Of a stretch of DNA of 64,000 bases, positions 49,973 to 63,014 are shown piece after piece. The translations under genes and the position numbers were made by a program. The stretch covers positions 85,686,001 through 85,750,000 of the forward strand of contig NC_045697.1 in assembly GCF_009834535.1 (NCBI RefSeq), written 5' to 3'. The stretch comes from Camelus ferus (lineage: Eukaryota). How positions within the stretch are numbered: the stretch's first letter is position 1; every line of letters begins with the position of its first letter. The notes under the pieces were generated by a model, which was not told the origin of the DNA, did not search any database, and worked only from the letters and a program-made list of their open reading frames with translations.

Positions 49973-51894
49973 AGAACATGTATTAATTAGCATGCTCTTT
50001 TATCTCCTGTCGATCTCTCTGTCTCTGTCTCTCTTTCTCTTGTCTCTTACCAGTTTGCTTTCACCCAGGATTTATTGAAAAATTTACTTTTTTTTCCATT
50101 TCCACTAAAAGCTGCAATTCTGAGGTTACATAATGAGTCACTTAGGGACTGAGTCAACACAAGGATGCAGGCAAACAGATTCAGTCTGGACCCGAAACCT
50201 GACATTTAACAACATCTTGTTTTTAATTTGCCCTATTCATGACAATTAGTCTGTAACAGGGCCACCAGTGTTTTGAATGCAGGTGATTTGAAGTTCTCTC
50301 TATCCTTGCAGGTAGGTCTCTATTAGATAGATAAAAAGGGGTCCTGAGCCAAGAAGAGGCTAGCAAATCTGAGGATGTTCACCCCTACCTCCCACTGCCC
50401 ATGGAGCAGCAAGTCTCAGGAGAAAGGGTACATCTCTCTAAACTCAGTTCCATCTGTAGATGTGTTTTTCTGGTGAAAAGTAATTTAAAAATTTTATAAG
50501 AAGTTTTTACATAATTCTCAAAGATAAGATCCAGATTTCAAAGATATCATGCACTTATTATGGGCCTTAAAATACCGAGACCCTGGGATGCACCTTTACT
50601 CTCCTCTGTGGGAAGGAGTGTTTCTATGGAGACATCTGAGCAGCACTGGAAGAAAGCACTGTGTTCCAGAAGTTTTGGTCTAGAGTATAATTTGTTCCTG
50701 AAGCAAATTTCCATTTTGAATGGTTATCCCATTTGAGTTAGAGTTTATAGTAAGTTATAAAATACCTACCTGGTAACGGCAAGTGAAACAAAACTAAAAT
50801 CAGAAGAAGTAACCTTTGATCAAGAGATGTTTTAGACATCTTAGAACTTGTAAGTACATCCAGAGGGTCGAAACAGTGCTTTTTTTTTTTTTTTTTTTTG
50901 CACACTTTGGTGAAAAAAAAGTTTTTATGGTTCATTCTTGTGCATTGTTTAAAGATGTGATAAAATTTTTAAAAGTCAAAGTAAAAACATCTTTAAAGCA
51001 ACCTTTGGTTCCTCGGTTTAGTTTATTTTTATAATAAAAACAGCAATAATTATATATTCTTCTCTTTCTGTTTGATCTGTGATGTTTAGAATGTGTCCCA
51101 TAAAAGTAAGAAGTGTTAGGGTTAATAATTTAAACATAGAATGTTTGTTTTCAGGATTTTTGCCTCTCAAAACAACAGCTTCTGTCTAACGAGCAGCTCA
51201 TCACTGTCTGGGATCTATTCTTCTCTTTATTTTATATTTTGTGGTTTGTCCAGCATAAATTTACTAACCTAAGACACAGGCCTGAGAGGAGTGAAGTGGG
51301 AAAAGGAGATTCTTGCCAGCCCCTTGGGCTCTCAAGGGTAGAGCAATAATAAAATCCTCCTCTTTCAGTATTTAAGATCAGATATCCCCCAAAGGAGCAC
51401 ATGTTAACATTTATTTTAATACCTTAGTGACTGAATAATAGGTAGCAGGAACTGGCCAGCAGTAGGCTAAGAATAGGTCAGGGGTCTAGAGACTGAAACC
51501 CACATGTGTGTGACTTTTAGCTATTCAGAGGGGCCATGACGGAAAATGGCCAACCTATAAATTCAAGAAGCATTTGGCCATGTTAACTTACTCCACTAGA
51601 TTTCAAAGGATAGTGGTTTTGTGGATCTAATAAATCAAGACTTAGTTTTAAATCCAACAAATTCTATTGAACTTTTTCTATGTGCCAGGCCATGGGCTTG
51701 TACTTTCAAATACATTAGCTCATTTAATTCTTAGAATAAATGTCTGAACATGGATTAAGGTAATGGGGGCTAAATAGTAAAGTAGAATGGGTTAAAACTA
51801 TAAGACAAGCATGCGAATGTCTGTGTAGATAGGGAATGAACAATTTCAGTTTGGGTGCCAACAGCATAACAGTGAAATTAAGATCATATGCAGT

Positions 51895-52031
51895 GGGGTG
51901 GGTATAGCTCAGTCACAGAGCACATGCTAAGCATGCACAAGGCCTGGGTTCAACCCCCAGTACCTCCATTAATAAATACATAAACAAACCTAGTTGCCTC
52001 CCACCTCCAAAATTTTATTTTAAAAATAAAA
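51895..52031 (+). mobile_element. tRNA-derived SINE (camelid Vic-1-like)
   Basis: ggggtgggtatagctcagtcacagagcacatgctaagcatgcacaaggcctgggttcaacccccagtacctcc plus an A-rich tail; TSD aagatcatatg at 51880-51890 and 52032-52042. Confidence 0.9.
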
Positions 52032-52262
52032 AAGATCATATGAAACCTCTTCCATTGGCTATGTAGGTGAGAGGCCCTGACCCACCTAATTCTAACTCAT
52101 TGTCTGTATGGTCATTAAACCAGGCAATCCTGTTGGACTCAACACATCATAACCCTACACATAGATTTTCCTCTAGTTCCTCTCTGTAATCAGTTGGGGT
52201 TTGTCAAACTATAGGATTCACAAGAATTTCCACATAGGTTTTCACATACAAAACCACATTTA

Positions 52263-52573
52263 CAGGCATGCATCAGTTTACCGTGCTTCACTTTATTATA
52301 CTTTGCAGATATTTTGTTACAAATTGAAGGTTTGTGGTAACTTTGCATTGAACAAGTCTATTGGCACCACTTTTCCAACAAAATTATTTTTAATGAAGAT
52401 GTGTACATTGTTTAGACATAATTCTATCACACACTTAATAGATTACAGTATCGTGTAAACATAACTTTTATATACACTTGGAAACCAAAAAATTCATGGG
52501 ACTCACTTTACTGCTATATCCCCTTTATTGCAGTGGTCTAGAAAGAACTCACAATATCTCTGAGGTGGGCCTG
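52263..52573 (+). mobile_element. Tigger1 internal-deletion derivative (Tc1/mariner DNA transposon)
   Basis: TA|caggcat..gaggtgggcctg|TA termini; 'caaattgaaggtttgtgg' (Tigger1 5' end) joined to 'tagacataat..gaaaccaaaaaattc' (3' end). Confidence 0.88.
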
Positions 52574-54899
52574 TACTGACTCTGGTGTTGTGTCCCTCCA
52601 AGGTACAACCATGAGCATCATGGGTGAGAAGGAAGGAATGCACACAAATTGAGCTAGGCACCACAGAGGCAGTTCCTAATACCACACTCCTCTGACATTT
52701 GTTATTTCCTTGTCAACCGGCTGTCAGAACGTGTATTAACATGCCCAGGTCACATCACTAGTGACACAGCAGGAATTTGAACCAAGTTTAAATTCAAACA
52801 AAAGCCCCAACTCTTTATGATTTCCACTTTTCCTAGGAGATAGATATTGGCCTGGGAAACATGGCTTCAATAAAAGGAAGAAAAAGGGATCTGCTTGGGG
52901 ATGAGAGGTAATCATAGGTGTTGCATAGAAACAAGATGTGTCAAGTTAAACTTCACCACCTCACAATTTTGTCTTAAGTGGTCTTTACTATTAAAGATCA
53001 TGTCATGTGACACCTTTGGAACAGGCTTTGTTCTGGATACATTTTCTATGTATAAAATAACTAACAGCCAAAGAGATGTATGGAATCACCTCATCCACTA
53101 GATCCCTCAAGAAAACATAATGAGCTATTATAATAATCATGCATTTTTGTCTTTGTTTCTCAATAGGTCAAATCAGAGTTTTGGTATTTGTGTGTGTGTT
53201 TGTTAATCACAGTAATAATGATAGTGGCATTAGATAGATATTAGCAGTTTAAGATGGAAAAACACCCATACCAGTAGAAAGCTTTTAAAACATTAAACTT
53301 TGATTTTGAATTTCCATACTGTAGAGTTAAGAGGAATTTTTAAAGAGAGTTGTAAAATCATGACTCTTAGAGATATAAAATGATCACATCAAAGATTTCA
53401 TTTAATTCATCAACTAACAAGGGAACGAGACCAGTGTTGCAGCTTGTTCAAGGGGAAGTCAAGGAACCATTAATTCACGTGACAGAGAGAATGTTGAAAT
53501 GAATTTATGAATGGGCTCAAAAGTGGCTCTCTTCACCAGAAAGAATTACAGGAATTACCGTATTACTCTTAGCTATTTACAATTTAGAGAGCTATAAACC
53601 AGTTCAAAGGTGATGAAAAGTGCAGAGCCCTTTACAGAATTAGATAATTTCTAGGAGGCTCCAGCATTCCACCGAAAGGATATCCAGTAGTCTCTTCAGT
53701 TTATTACCAAGTCTTCTTAAATTTTTCCCTGGAAAAGATATCTCACAATGGCTATAAAATTTATTTTGTAAAATAAAAATATTTAAAGGAAGAGCAGTTA
53801 TTAAAAGTATGTCCTATGTATGCCTAATCATGTTTTTGTGTTGCACAATTTCTACTAGCAGCTGAAAAATATACTAAATAATTATAAAATGTCCATGAAG
53901 AGTGCTTGTGTAATGCCTATTCAGACATTAATTTTTAAATTTATAGGACACCCTGGGCAGGTGGGAGACTCAGGTTCCAAGTCCACACCTGTGACTTAAA
54001 TTGACTGGAAAGACACTTTAATAGATATGTGAGCAAATAGACATAGTGATATTTCCCAAAGAATTATTGAGGAACATCTACCTTTTAGGGTGGAAGATGT
54101 GATTTGCAGGTACGTGGACATGCATGACCTCAAAACATTGATTCACAACGTGATTCAGTTCTACAAAAGCTTTAGAAATGAAATGGCATTAGATTTTCTG
54201 ATAGGAAAAAGGACCAACTTACAGGGCTGACATTGAGGACAAATAGGATTAATTGGCTGGGTATGGGGACCAAATGACAGGCAGAGTGTGTATGTGGAGG
54301 GGGATGGTGTGCATGTGCATGAGAGAGAAAGGGGTCTTGTGCACGACAGAGAGCTTCCTGCTGCGAACTTGTGGCCTGATTAGCCATGATAGAAAAAAAT
54401 TCCTTTCCCTTAGAGTTGAATTCCCCTGGAAATATACCCACAAAAACTGCCCATCAGTCAGAACAACTAAGGACATGCAAGAGACAGGAGCATTGCAGTA
54501 TTATATTTATAGGCTTATAGAAGTTTCAAAAATTGGAACACACAGCAATTTCAAAACAGCACAGTGTTTATATTTTATCATTTGGCTTTTTTGTTTAACA
54601 AATCTTTCTTTTGTGTACTTTATGCCTTTCAGTAATTCTACTCAAATGTGTAGATTTCTGTAGCAGTTAGTACTCAATCTGTATAAAATGACACACTTTT
54701 GGATTATTCTTCCTGAATAATTTTCAAAACAACTGGTATTGGATTTATTGTCACCCCCCCCCAAACGTGGCACCTGCTACACGGTCCCTCTGCTTTTGAG
54801 TTGTTTCTATGAGTGACAAGTATAGTAGACAAATCTTAGTTCCATTTATCTAAAGTAATAAATGAGAGACAATGGGATTCTCCCACAATACTGGTTTTA

Positions 54900-55260
54900 A
54901 TATAGAAGAGATTTAAGAATAAATGTGTGGACAAGTCAAGTCTAGACTGCATATGGTATTTAGATTTTCAAAAGTTTGATACGTTTCTCTTATTAAGGTC
55001 TTTTTAAAAAAAATCAGCATTGGTATGTTTTAATCATAAATTCTTGTCTAAGAAACAGAAAACAAAAGGAATAAGTTAGTATTTTTCTAAATGTTGTGAA
55101 TGTTAATAGCAGAGTCTACAGCTTCTATCTGGGGTCATTTCAGTCAAGCATTTGTATAAATGGACTAGAAGAAGAAAAATACAATAAACTCATGATGTCT
55201 GTAGGCTCGTAGATAACACTAAGTCAGGGAAAGTAAAGAACTAATAAATGCAAATAGGTA
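54900..55260 (+). mobile_element. Ancient CR1/L3 LINE reverse-transcriptase relic
   Basis: Degenerate motifs in order: tatttagattttcaaaagtttgatacg (YLDFQKxFDT), agcagagtctacag..ctggggtca (SGVPQGSVLGP-like), ataaatggactagaa (INDLE-like), gtagataacactaag (ADDTK-like). Confidence 0.6.
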
Positions 55261-56467
55261 GACCATGAAGCCAAGTGAACCTTCGTGAGAGGAGGCATAT
55301 GGATGTCAGGTAATTAACAAGTACCTTTTTGGTTTAGGCACTATTCTGAATGGTAAAAATATGGATTAGTAGAAGATGTGCCGTCTTAATTACCTGTAAA
55401 TTCCACAGTGACTGTGACAGTACCAGCTTGACTTTATCTTAGTAAGTGGTAACTAAAATAGTGTTCTTTTGACGTTGAATGTTACAGTCTTTGTGGTAGT
55501 GTAGGAGTTTATACTGTGGTTTCTATGATCCTCTCTGAAAAAAGATACGGAAGACAAGATGGCTATTACTATAGAACAAAAGTAAAGAGTAAATCATTAG
55601 ATTCATACTAGAGACTGGAAGGGATGTTTAAAAAATAAAGCTTTCAATTGAAATATACAGTAGCCCAAGTAAGCTCTAAGTTGTATAATGTTAGCCTGAA
55701 GGAAATAAAAATATAAAGGAAGAAAGCGCTATGAGAGGTAAAATGATTGAAGAGTATGAAGGAAAATACACCTGACTGCCAACCCCTGTGTAACTATGAG
55801 TTGTTTCTATCATGTTGAAAGCAAAGTATATGGTAGTGATAATCTCTTTATTGATTAGAGTTGAGTAAAAACAAGAGGCTAGTATATCTTTAACTGTGCA
55901 TGCTTGCCCAGTACCAAAGGAATCTGAGTGACCTGCTTTTGTAGATGGCTATTGAGCAGTGAGAATATCGAGAAATGTGGTTTCCCAAAGGCACAGACAG
56001 CCCTGACCCTAGATGGCTAAGTGAGCAGTGGAGCGTGAGTCTCTTGGAGCCTGTCTTTCCTCAGTCTTCTCTTGTTAGAACAAACCTCTCTTTCTATTTC
56101 TCTTCTCCAGAAGAAGGGTTCAACAAGGCTGGCTTTCCTCTGATTTCTATGGTGTAGGTCGTGGTTGGGTCTTGCTATATAATCATTAGAAACACTAGAA
56201 GGTAAAAAAAGTACAAACAAAAACAACAAACCTTCATGCCCTCATTTTGTTCGTTCTGATAACAGTCATAGAAAAAGGATTTTTCTTATGTCCATGGTGT
56301 GGCCTATGTTAAGTCTGCTGCTAATTTCTTTCCTGTTGCCTTCCATGACATTACAGTATTTTTTCTCCTTTCTCTTCTCTGATTATTCCATTTCGTTTTG
56401 GTGAAGTTCTTTGCTCTTATCATGAGTCATAGATTGTTTTCCCTCTGGATTTCCCCTGGATAATTTT

Positions 56468-56985
56468 GTCAGTTGGAATTCACTGCAGAAAACAGAGTTT
56501 TCTCTAGTTAGCATAAGCAGGAAGAAATTTACTACAGGGCATTCAATTATCTACAGAATCATTGTGAAAGTCTGAGAAACAGACTCATGGTTGGGCTTTC
56601 AGAAACATCAAGGACAAAAGGAAACTCTCCTTTACAACCAGGACGCCATTTGTCGAATTGTGAAGGTGTCACTGCTCCATCTGCCGACTTCAGAACCGAG
56701 CCCCGCTACCATAGAAAGGGAACTAAAATACACAAGACATATGATCAGAAATCTGCCCCAATGTGAGATACCACTTCCAGATGCTTCTTACAATAGAAAC
56801 AGTATACGTAGCAGCAGAATTGCCATCACTTTACTTTGGCTTTCTAAATCTGACAAAAGGACATCCTTGGTAGAACTTAAATACTATCCAGAATTCTAAA
56901 TGAAAGGGAGTATGGAAAAAAATGTAGTTTTGGCCTTCTAGCCTCTGAAGTAAGGATGGTGTATTAGACTAGAATGAGTTGGATC
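56468..56985 (-). mobile_element. Very old MaLR-type LTR (MLT1-like)
   Basis: 'gcagaaaacagag..tagttagcataagcaggaagaaattta' at the start and 'aagggagtatggaaaaaatgtagtttt' near the end. Confidence 0.4.
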
Positions 56986-57521
56986 TATACTCATTTGACT
57001 ACTCCGCACCCACGCACATTCTTTTAGCCACACTTAAACACTAACAGCAATTCAATACCAAGAAAACAGATAACTGAAAAATGGGCAGAGGACCCAAATA
57101 GACATTTCTAAAAAGAATACATAAAAATTTTGCCAACAGGTATAGGAAAAATGCTCATGTCACTAATTATCAAGGAAATACAAATCAAACCCCTCAATGA
57201 GGTATCACCTCTTGATGGAATGGCTGCTACCAAAAGACAAAAGTTAAAAAATATTGACAAGGATGAAGAGAAAAGGGAACCCTTGAGCACTGTTGGCAGG
57301 AATGTAAATTGGCCAGCCATTATGGAAAACATTTAAAAATTAAAAATGCTACCATGTAATCCACCAGTATATATACTTCTGAGTATATATCCAAAAGAAA
57401 TGAAATCAGTATCTTGAAGAGTTATCTTCATTTTTATGTTCCTTGTAGAATTATTCACAATATCCAAGATATGGAATCAATCTAAGTGTCCCTTGATAAA
57501 TGAATGGATAAAGAAAATGTA

Positions 57522-60500
57522 GAGAGAGTAGGGGATCAAGGTGGTGGAGTAGGATGACATGGAGCTCACCACCCCCAACAAACACATCAAAAATATATCT
57601 ACATGTGAACAGTTCTCAAGGAAAACTAACTAGAAACTGACAGAAGAACTTCTATACAACCAAAGCCGCAAGAAAGTTCTCCATGTAACCAAACAGGATG
57701 AGAAAAAAAGCATCAGATTGGGACCTGCATCCCTGGGAGGGATCTGTAAGGAGGAGGAAAGTCTGCATGGGTAGACCCTTACCCTGGGGAGTGAACAGGT
57801 CAAGGCCCAATCCTAGACCTAGGGTCCTGTGTGAAAGAGACAAGTCCCCTTGTCTGCTGGAAAATCCTCTGAGACAGAATGGCTGAAAGTCTAGACTCTA
57901 CTTGTGAGGACGGCATTTGTGCTGGCTTGCTGACAATCAGGACAGAGAGCGTTGCAGTAGTGGCTGCTGTATCACCATACTTCACAATCCAAAGGGGCAA
58001 ACACCCTAGCCCTGCTCACTCCACACCACCACCTGGCATGAGATTTGGGCAGAGACTCAGTTTTGATGCACATAGAGAGAATAGGGTACCTTGGGTGTGA
58101 TCCAGGCAGAGCTACAGAGACCACTGTCAGTGAGCACACAGGGTAGCGGGTGTAGCCAAGGCAGACATTTTCAGTGTGCATGTGCAGCAGCACCACAGGA
58201 GTGTGTAACAGCTAAGCTAAGCACTGAATTTCAAGAAGGCAGGCCCTGGGAGAGGATGCATCTAGCTACACAGAGGTAGCCCAGAGGGCCTGGGGGTATA
58301 GTCCAGGTAGGGCAGCAATAATTATCAGCACGCTTAGGAGTATACAGTGGTAACCTTCCCACCCAGAGCACCCTGAATAAGATTACTCCACACTGCAGCT
58401 TAGCGCTGGACCTGGGGGAGACAGTTCCTGAGAAAATCTGTCATGGGGCAGCCTAGATCTCAGATGGCAGCACAGCCACCTCAATTCCTGCAGCCACAGT
58501 GCCACAACCACCAGCCTCAGCCTACTCCACACCACAAACCTGTAGTATATCTGGGATGGACACAACAGAGAAAGTGATGTTACTTTGGGCTGCTTCTGAG
58601 CAGAAGCTTGAATGCCTACACAGGAGGCACGCAAGTCCTCTGTGATGGCACATGCCTCACTTTGCTTAAGCAGTTACATCCTTTGGGGCAGGGCACACAT
58701 TCAGGGGCAACAGAGCCTAATTAAACCCGAACCTCAGAGCTTCTACACCAACTGGGGAGTAGGCCCTGCCCTTGACCAGGTGGTGACAGCATCAAGACAG
58801 AGAGGAAGCCCTGTCTCACACTGTGCAAAACTCCAGATATTCTAACACTAACCACACTCCTATCAAGGGGCTAACAGCCAGTACATCCTGAGAAAAGACA
58901 TTATGGCTGGTATCCAGCCCTTGTACCAAAGACACTGGACACATAGAGTTTACATACAGAGGCTCCCACATAAAAACACCCCTTTAACACTACAGTAGGT
59001 AATTATTTCCCCTAAATTCATAGAGATAGAGAAAGTTAAGTAAATTAAATGGCAGACAAACTACTCCCAAATGTAAAAGAACAAGAGAAGTCCCCTGAAG
59101 GAACAAATGAAACAGAGCTCATCAGTCTATTAGACCCCAAGTACAAAAAGAAAGTAATAAAAATGCTGCCTGAATTAAGAAAGATTTCAACAGAAATGCA
59201 GATCACTGTAACAATGAACTACAAACTATAAAGATGAAAAATCAACAGGCAATTCAATTGATATTGAGCATTTTTTCATGTGCCTATTGGCCATTTGTAT
59301 GTCTTCATTAGAGAATTGCTTGTTTAAGTCCTCTGCCCATTTTTGGATTGGGTTGTTTGGTTTTTTCTTATTAAGTTGTATGAGATGTTTATATATTCTG
59401 GAAATTAAGCCTTTGTCATTTGCAAATATCTTCTCCCATTCTGGAGGTTATCATTTTGCTTATGGTTTCCTTTGCTGTGCAAAAGCTGATAAGTTTAATG
59501 AGGTCCCATTTGTTTATTTTTGCTCTTGTTTCTATTGCCTAGGTAGACTGCCCTAGGAGAATATTGCTAAGATTTATGTCAGAGAATGTTTTGCCTATGT
59601 GTCTTGTCTTATATTTAACTCTATAAGCCATTTTGAGTTTATTTTTTTGTATGGAGTGAGGGAGTGTTCTAACTTCATTGATTTACATGCTGCTATCCAG
59701 TTTTCCCAGTGCCACTTGCTGAGGAGACTGTCTTTTCTCCATTGTATGTTCTTGCCTCCTTTATCAAAGATTAATTGACCATAGGTCTGTGGATTTATTT
59801 CTGGACTCTATTCTGTACCATTGATCTGTACGTCTGTTTTTATGCCAATACCATGCTGTTTTGATTACTGTAGCTATGTTGTATTGTTTGAAGTCTGGGA
59901 GGGTTATTCCTCCAGTTTCATTCTTTTTCTTCAATATTGCTTTGGCAATTCTGGGTCTTTTGTGATTCCATATAAATTTTAGGATTGTTTGTTCTAGTTC
60001 TTTAAGGTAAAAAAGAAAGAAAAGAAAAAAGAAAAAAATGTCTTGGGTAATTTGATAGGGATCTCATTAAATCTGTAAATTGCCTTGAGCAGTATGGCCA
60101 TTTTGACAATATTGATTCTTCCAATCCAAGAGCATGGGATATCTTTTCATTTCTTTAAGTCATCTTTAGTTTTCTTGATCAATGTTTTGTAGTTCTCCAT
60201 GTATAAGACTTTCACCTCTTTGGTCATATTTATTCCTAAGTATTTTATTGTTCTGGATGCAATTTTAAAAGGGATTGTTTCTTTACTTTCTTTTCGTGCT
60301 ATTTTATTGTTCATGTAAAGAAATGAAACAGATTTTTGTGTGTTAATCTTGTATCCTGCTACTTTGCCGAATTCTTTTATCAGCTCCAGTAGTTTTTGTG
60401 TGCAGCTTTTAGGGTTTTCTATATATAGTATCATGTCGTCTGCATATAGTGACAGTTTTGCCTCTTCTCTTCCAGTTTGGATCCCTTTTCTTTCTTTTTC

Positions 60501-61365
60501 TTGCCTGATTGCTGTGGCTAGGACTTCCAAGACTATGTTGAATAGAAGTGGAAAGAGTGGGCACCTTTGTCTTGTTATAGATTTTAGTGGGAAGACTTTC
60601 AGTTTTTCTCTGTTGAATACTACACTGACTGTAGGTTTGTCACTAATACCTTTTATTATGTTGAGGTATGTTCCCTCTATATCCACTTTGGAAAACGTTT
60701 CTTCTCTATAGCTCAGGGAACTATGTTCAGTATCTTGTAATAACCTCTAATGAAAAAACAATGAAACAAATATGTGTATGTATATGCATGACTGGGATAT
60801 TGTGGTGTACACCAGAAACTGACACATTGTAATTGACCATACTTAAGTAAAAAAAAAAAAAAAAAAAAAGAGTAATTAGGAAATCAACAAGTCTTATGTA
60901 TGGGAATCATAGATAACACTGGTATAATTTTTAACAAGAACAAATTCAGAATTTAAAGTTTTCTTTTAGATTTCTTTATTTTTTAGACTTTGAGATCTAG
61001 AGAATAAATATCAGTCAGCCATTTACTAATTGCCTAATAATATACCAGACATTGTCCAAATATTTTTGTGTTCTTTCATAAATCTTTACAAAAGTTCAAA
61101 AAAAGTATTAGAAGAAATTATGGCTAAAAAACCCCCCAAACCTTATGGTTACCAAAGGGGAGTGGAGGCAGGAGGGATATATTAGGAGTACAGGAGTAAG
61201 AGATACAAATCTGGACTATACATAAAATAGATGAGAAACAAGGATTTACTGTAGAACACTGGGAATTATATTCAATATCCTGTAATAACCTAAAATGGAA
61301 TATAATCTGAAAAAATTAAATTACTTCGTTCTACACCTGAAACTAACATAAATCAACTACAAAAA
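57522..61365 (+). mobile_element. Intermediate-age LINE-1: 5'UTR and part of ORF1 fused directly to the 3'UTR (ORF2 absent)
   Basis: TSD aaagaaaatgta (57510-57521) / aaagaaattgta (61366-61377); 5'UTR homologous to 40250-41718; ORF1 N-terminus KEQEKSPEGTNETELISLLDP; ORF1 remnant 61100-61141 joined to 3'UTR 'cttatggttaccaaagggg'. Confidence 0.8.
59261..60869 (+). mobile_element. Young LINE-1 with a 5' inversion: antisense ORF2 59261-60691, then sense 3'UTR and poly(A) 60692-60869
   Basis: RT peptide with LYADDMILY on the - strand (60147-60686); abrupt strand switch at 'ccactttgg|aaaacgtttcttctctatagctcaggg'; A21 tail at 60849-60869. Confidence 0.85.
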
Positions 61366-61845
61366 AAAGAAATTGTATATATGTGCATATATATGTGTGT
61401 ATATATATGTACAATGCAATATCATCCAACCTTAAAAAACCAAATCCCATCAATTCCTGCCATTTACAATGATACTGATGAATCTGTAGGACATTTTGCT
61501 AAGTCAAATAAACCTGGCCTAGAGAGACAAATACTGCATGATCTCAGTTATATGTGGAATCTAAAGAAGTCAAACTCATAAAAGGAAAAAGAATGTTGGT
61601 TGCCATAGTTTGAGGGATAAGAGAAATCTGAAATTGATGGTAAAGGAGTACAAATTTTTAGTTGCTCAAGATAAATAAGTTCTGGAGACCTAATCTATAT
61701 TGTGGTGACTAGAGTTAATGATACTATATTATATACTTGACACTTATTAAGAGAATATATCTTAAATGTCCTCACCATAAAAAGAAGGTAACTATGTGAG
61801 GTAATGAATGTGTTAATTAACTTGATTGTAGTAATCAGTTCACAC

Positions 61846-61850
<5 letters not shown>

Positions 61851-61876
<26 letters not shown>
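61851..61876. repeat. (GT)13 microsatellite in an L1 3'UTR
   Basis: Read directly from the sequence. Confidence 0.95.
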
Positions 61877-63014
61877 AAACATCACATTGTACACCATAAA
61901 TATATACAATTTTTATTTGGTGCTTATTCCTCAATAAAGCTGAAAAAACAAAACAACACTAGCAATATCAGCATGCTCCCACTGAACACGATGGAACTGC
62001 GATTCATCAGATGAAGCCAAGCTCATCTTCCCTCTCAAAGGGGGAACTCAAATTCACATGAGTCACTGTTTCCACCCTGGATGAACACTCAATTCTTGTT
62101 TTTAGTTCAGTCACAGTACTACATAGATAGCCTGGACCTATGGACAAAATTGTAAAGTTGGCAATCACCACCCACCATGTATTGTCTGGGAAGGAAAGGA
62201 GAAACGAGATAGAGCAAAAGCATATACAGAACATATGCTCTATAAATACTTGATTATGATTAATTATATATTACATTAGTATATGTATTTTTTTTTTCTT
62301 TTTACAACTGTTCATGAGGTTGTAGTAAATATTTGTAACTTTCTCCGCTCCCATAGTCACTCACTGCAGTGATGTTGGGAACAGCACATTCAGGTCAGTA
62401 CCACCAAGGCCAGACCCCCCCACCCTCTGTCAGACTGCTTGCGAGCAGCAAGGGCAAGTATAGACTCCACCTCACTTTCATCTTCCATATCTTGCTGAGA
62501 TGCACCTGCCTTGTGAAATTGCATCCCAAATTATGGCAACTTCCAAGGAGAAAATGGAATTTCTAACTTTCAGGCTTCGGTAGAGCACAGCAGAGTTTGG
62601 AATGGATATGGCGGGGCAGTTCTCCATGTCCATGACAGGACTCTTACTAGTTCACGTGTTCTTTAAGGGATCTTATCCACTCACAGGACTTCAGATGTAG
62701 TCCACAAACACTTGAGACCTGATAATTCAGTACTGAAGTTTTCTTTTTGGATTTTAGAAACCTAAAGCCCTTGCATACACTGTGTAATATTGACACTGAC
62801 AGCAGGATTTGAGCAGCACCCCAAATCTGAATACATTAACATTTCTGTAGCAACAGGTATAAATAATCATCCTACTGGGGTAAATAAGGAATTTTTAAAG
62901 TTTAAACCAATTTTTTCAGGCTTTGCTTCCAAATGCATTTGCATGAAACATCAAAACAAAACACTTTCAAAGCTTTTGAGATTTGGAATTGTGGTTTGGT
63001 GCCGATTACTGGGG

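Larger units (their letters stand above)
57040..61950 (+). mobile_element. Older LINE-1 (L1MA-like) 3' end, split into 57040-57521 and 61366-61950 by nested insertions
   Basis: ORF2 C-terminus up to 'gaatggataaagaaaatgta'; resumes 'aaagaaattgta..tacaatgcaatatcatccaaccttaaaaa'; ends 'tcaataaagctgaaaaaa'. Confidence 0.88.

Noticed and set aside
51895..51970. tRNA gene (likewise 36110-36189)
   Set aside because: The A/B boxes belong to a SINE head with an A-rich tail and TSD; no intact cloverleaf
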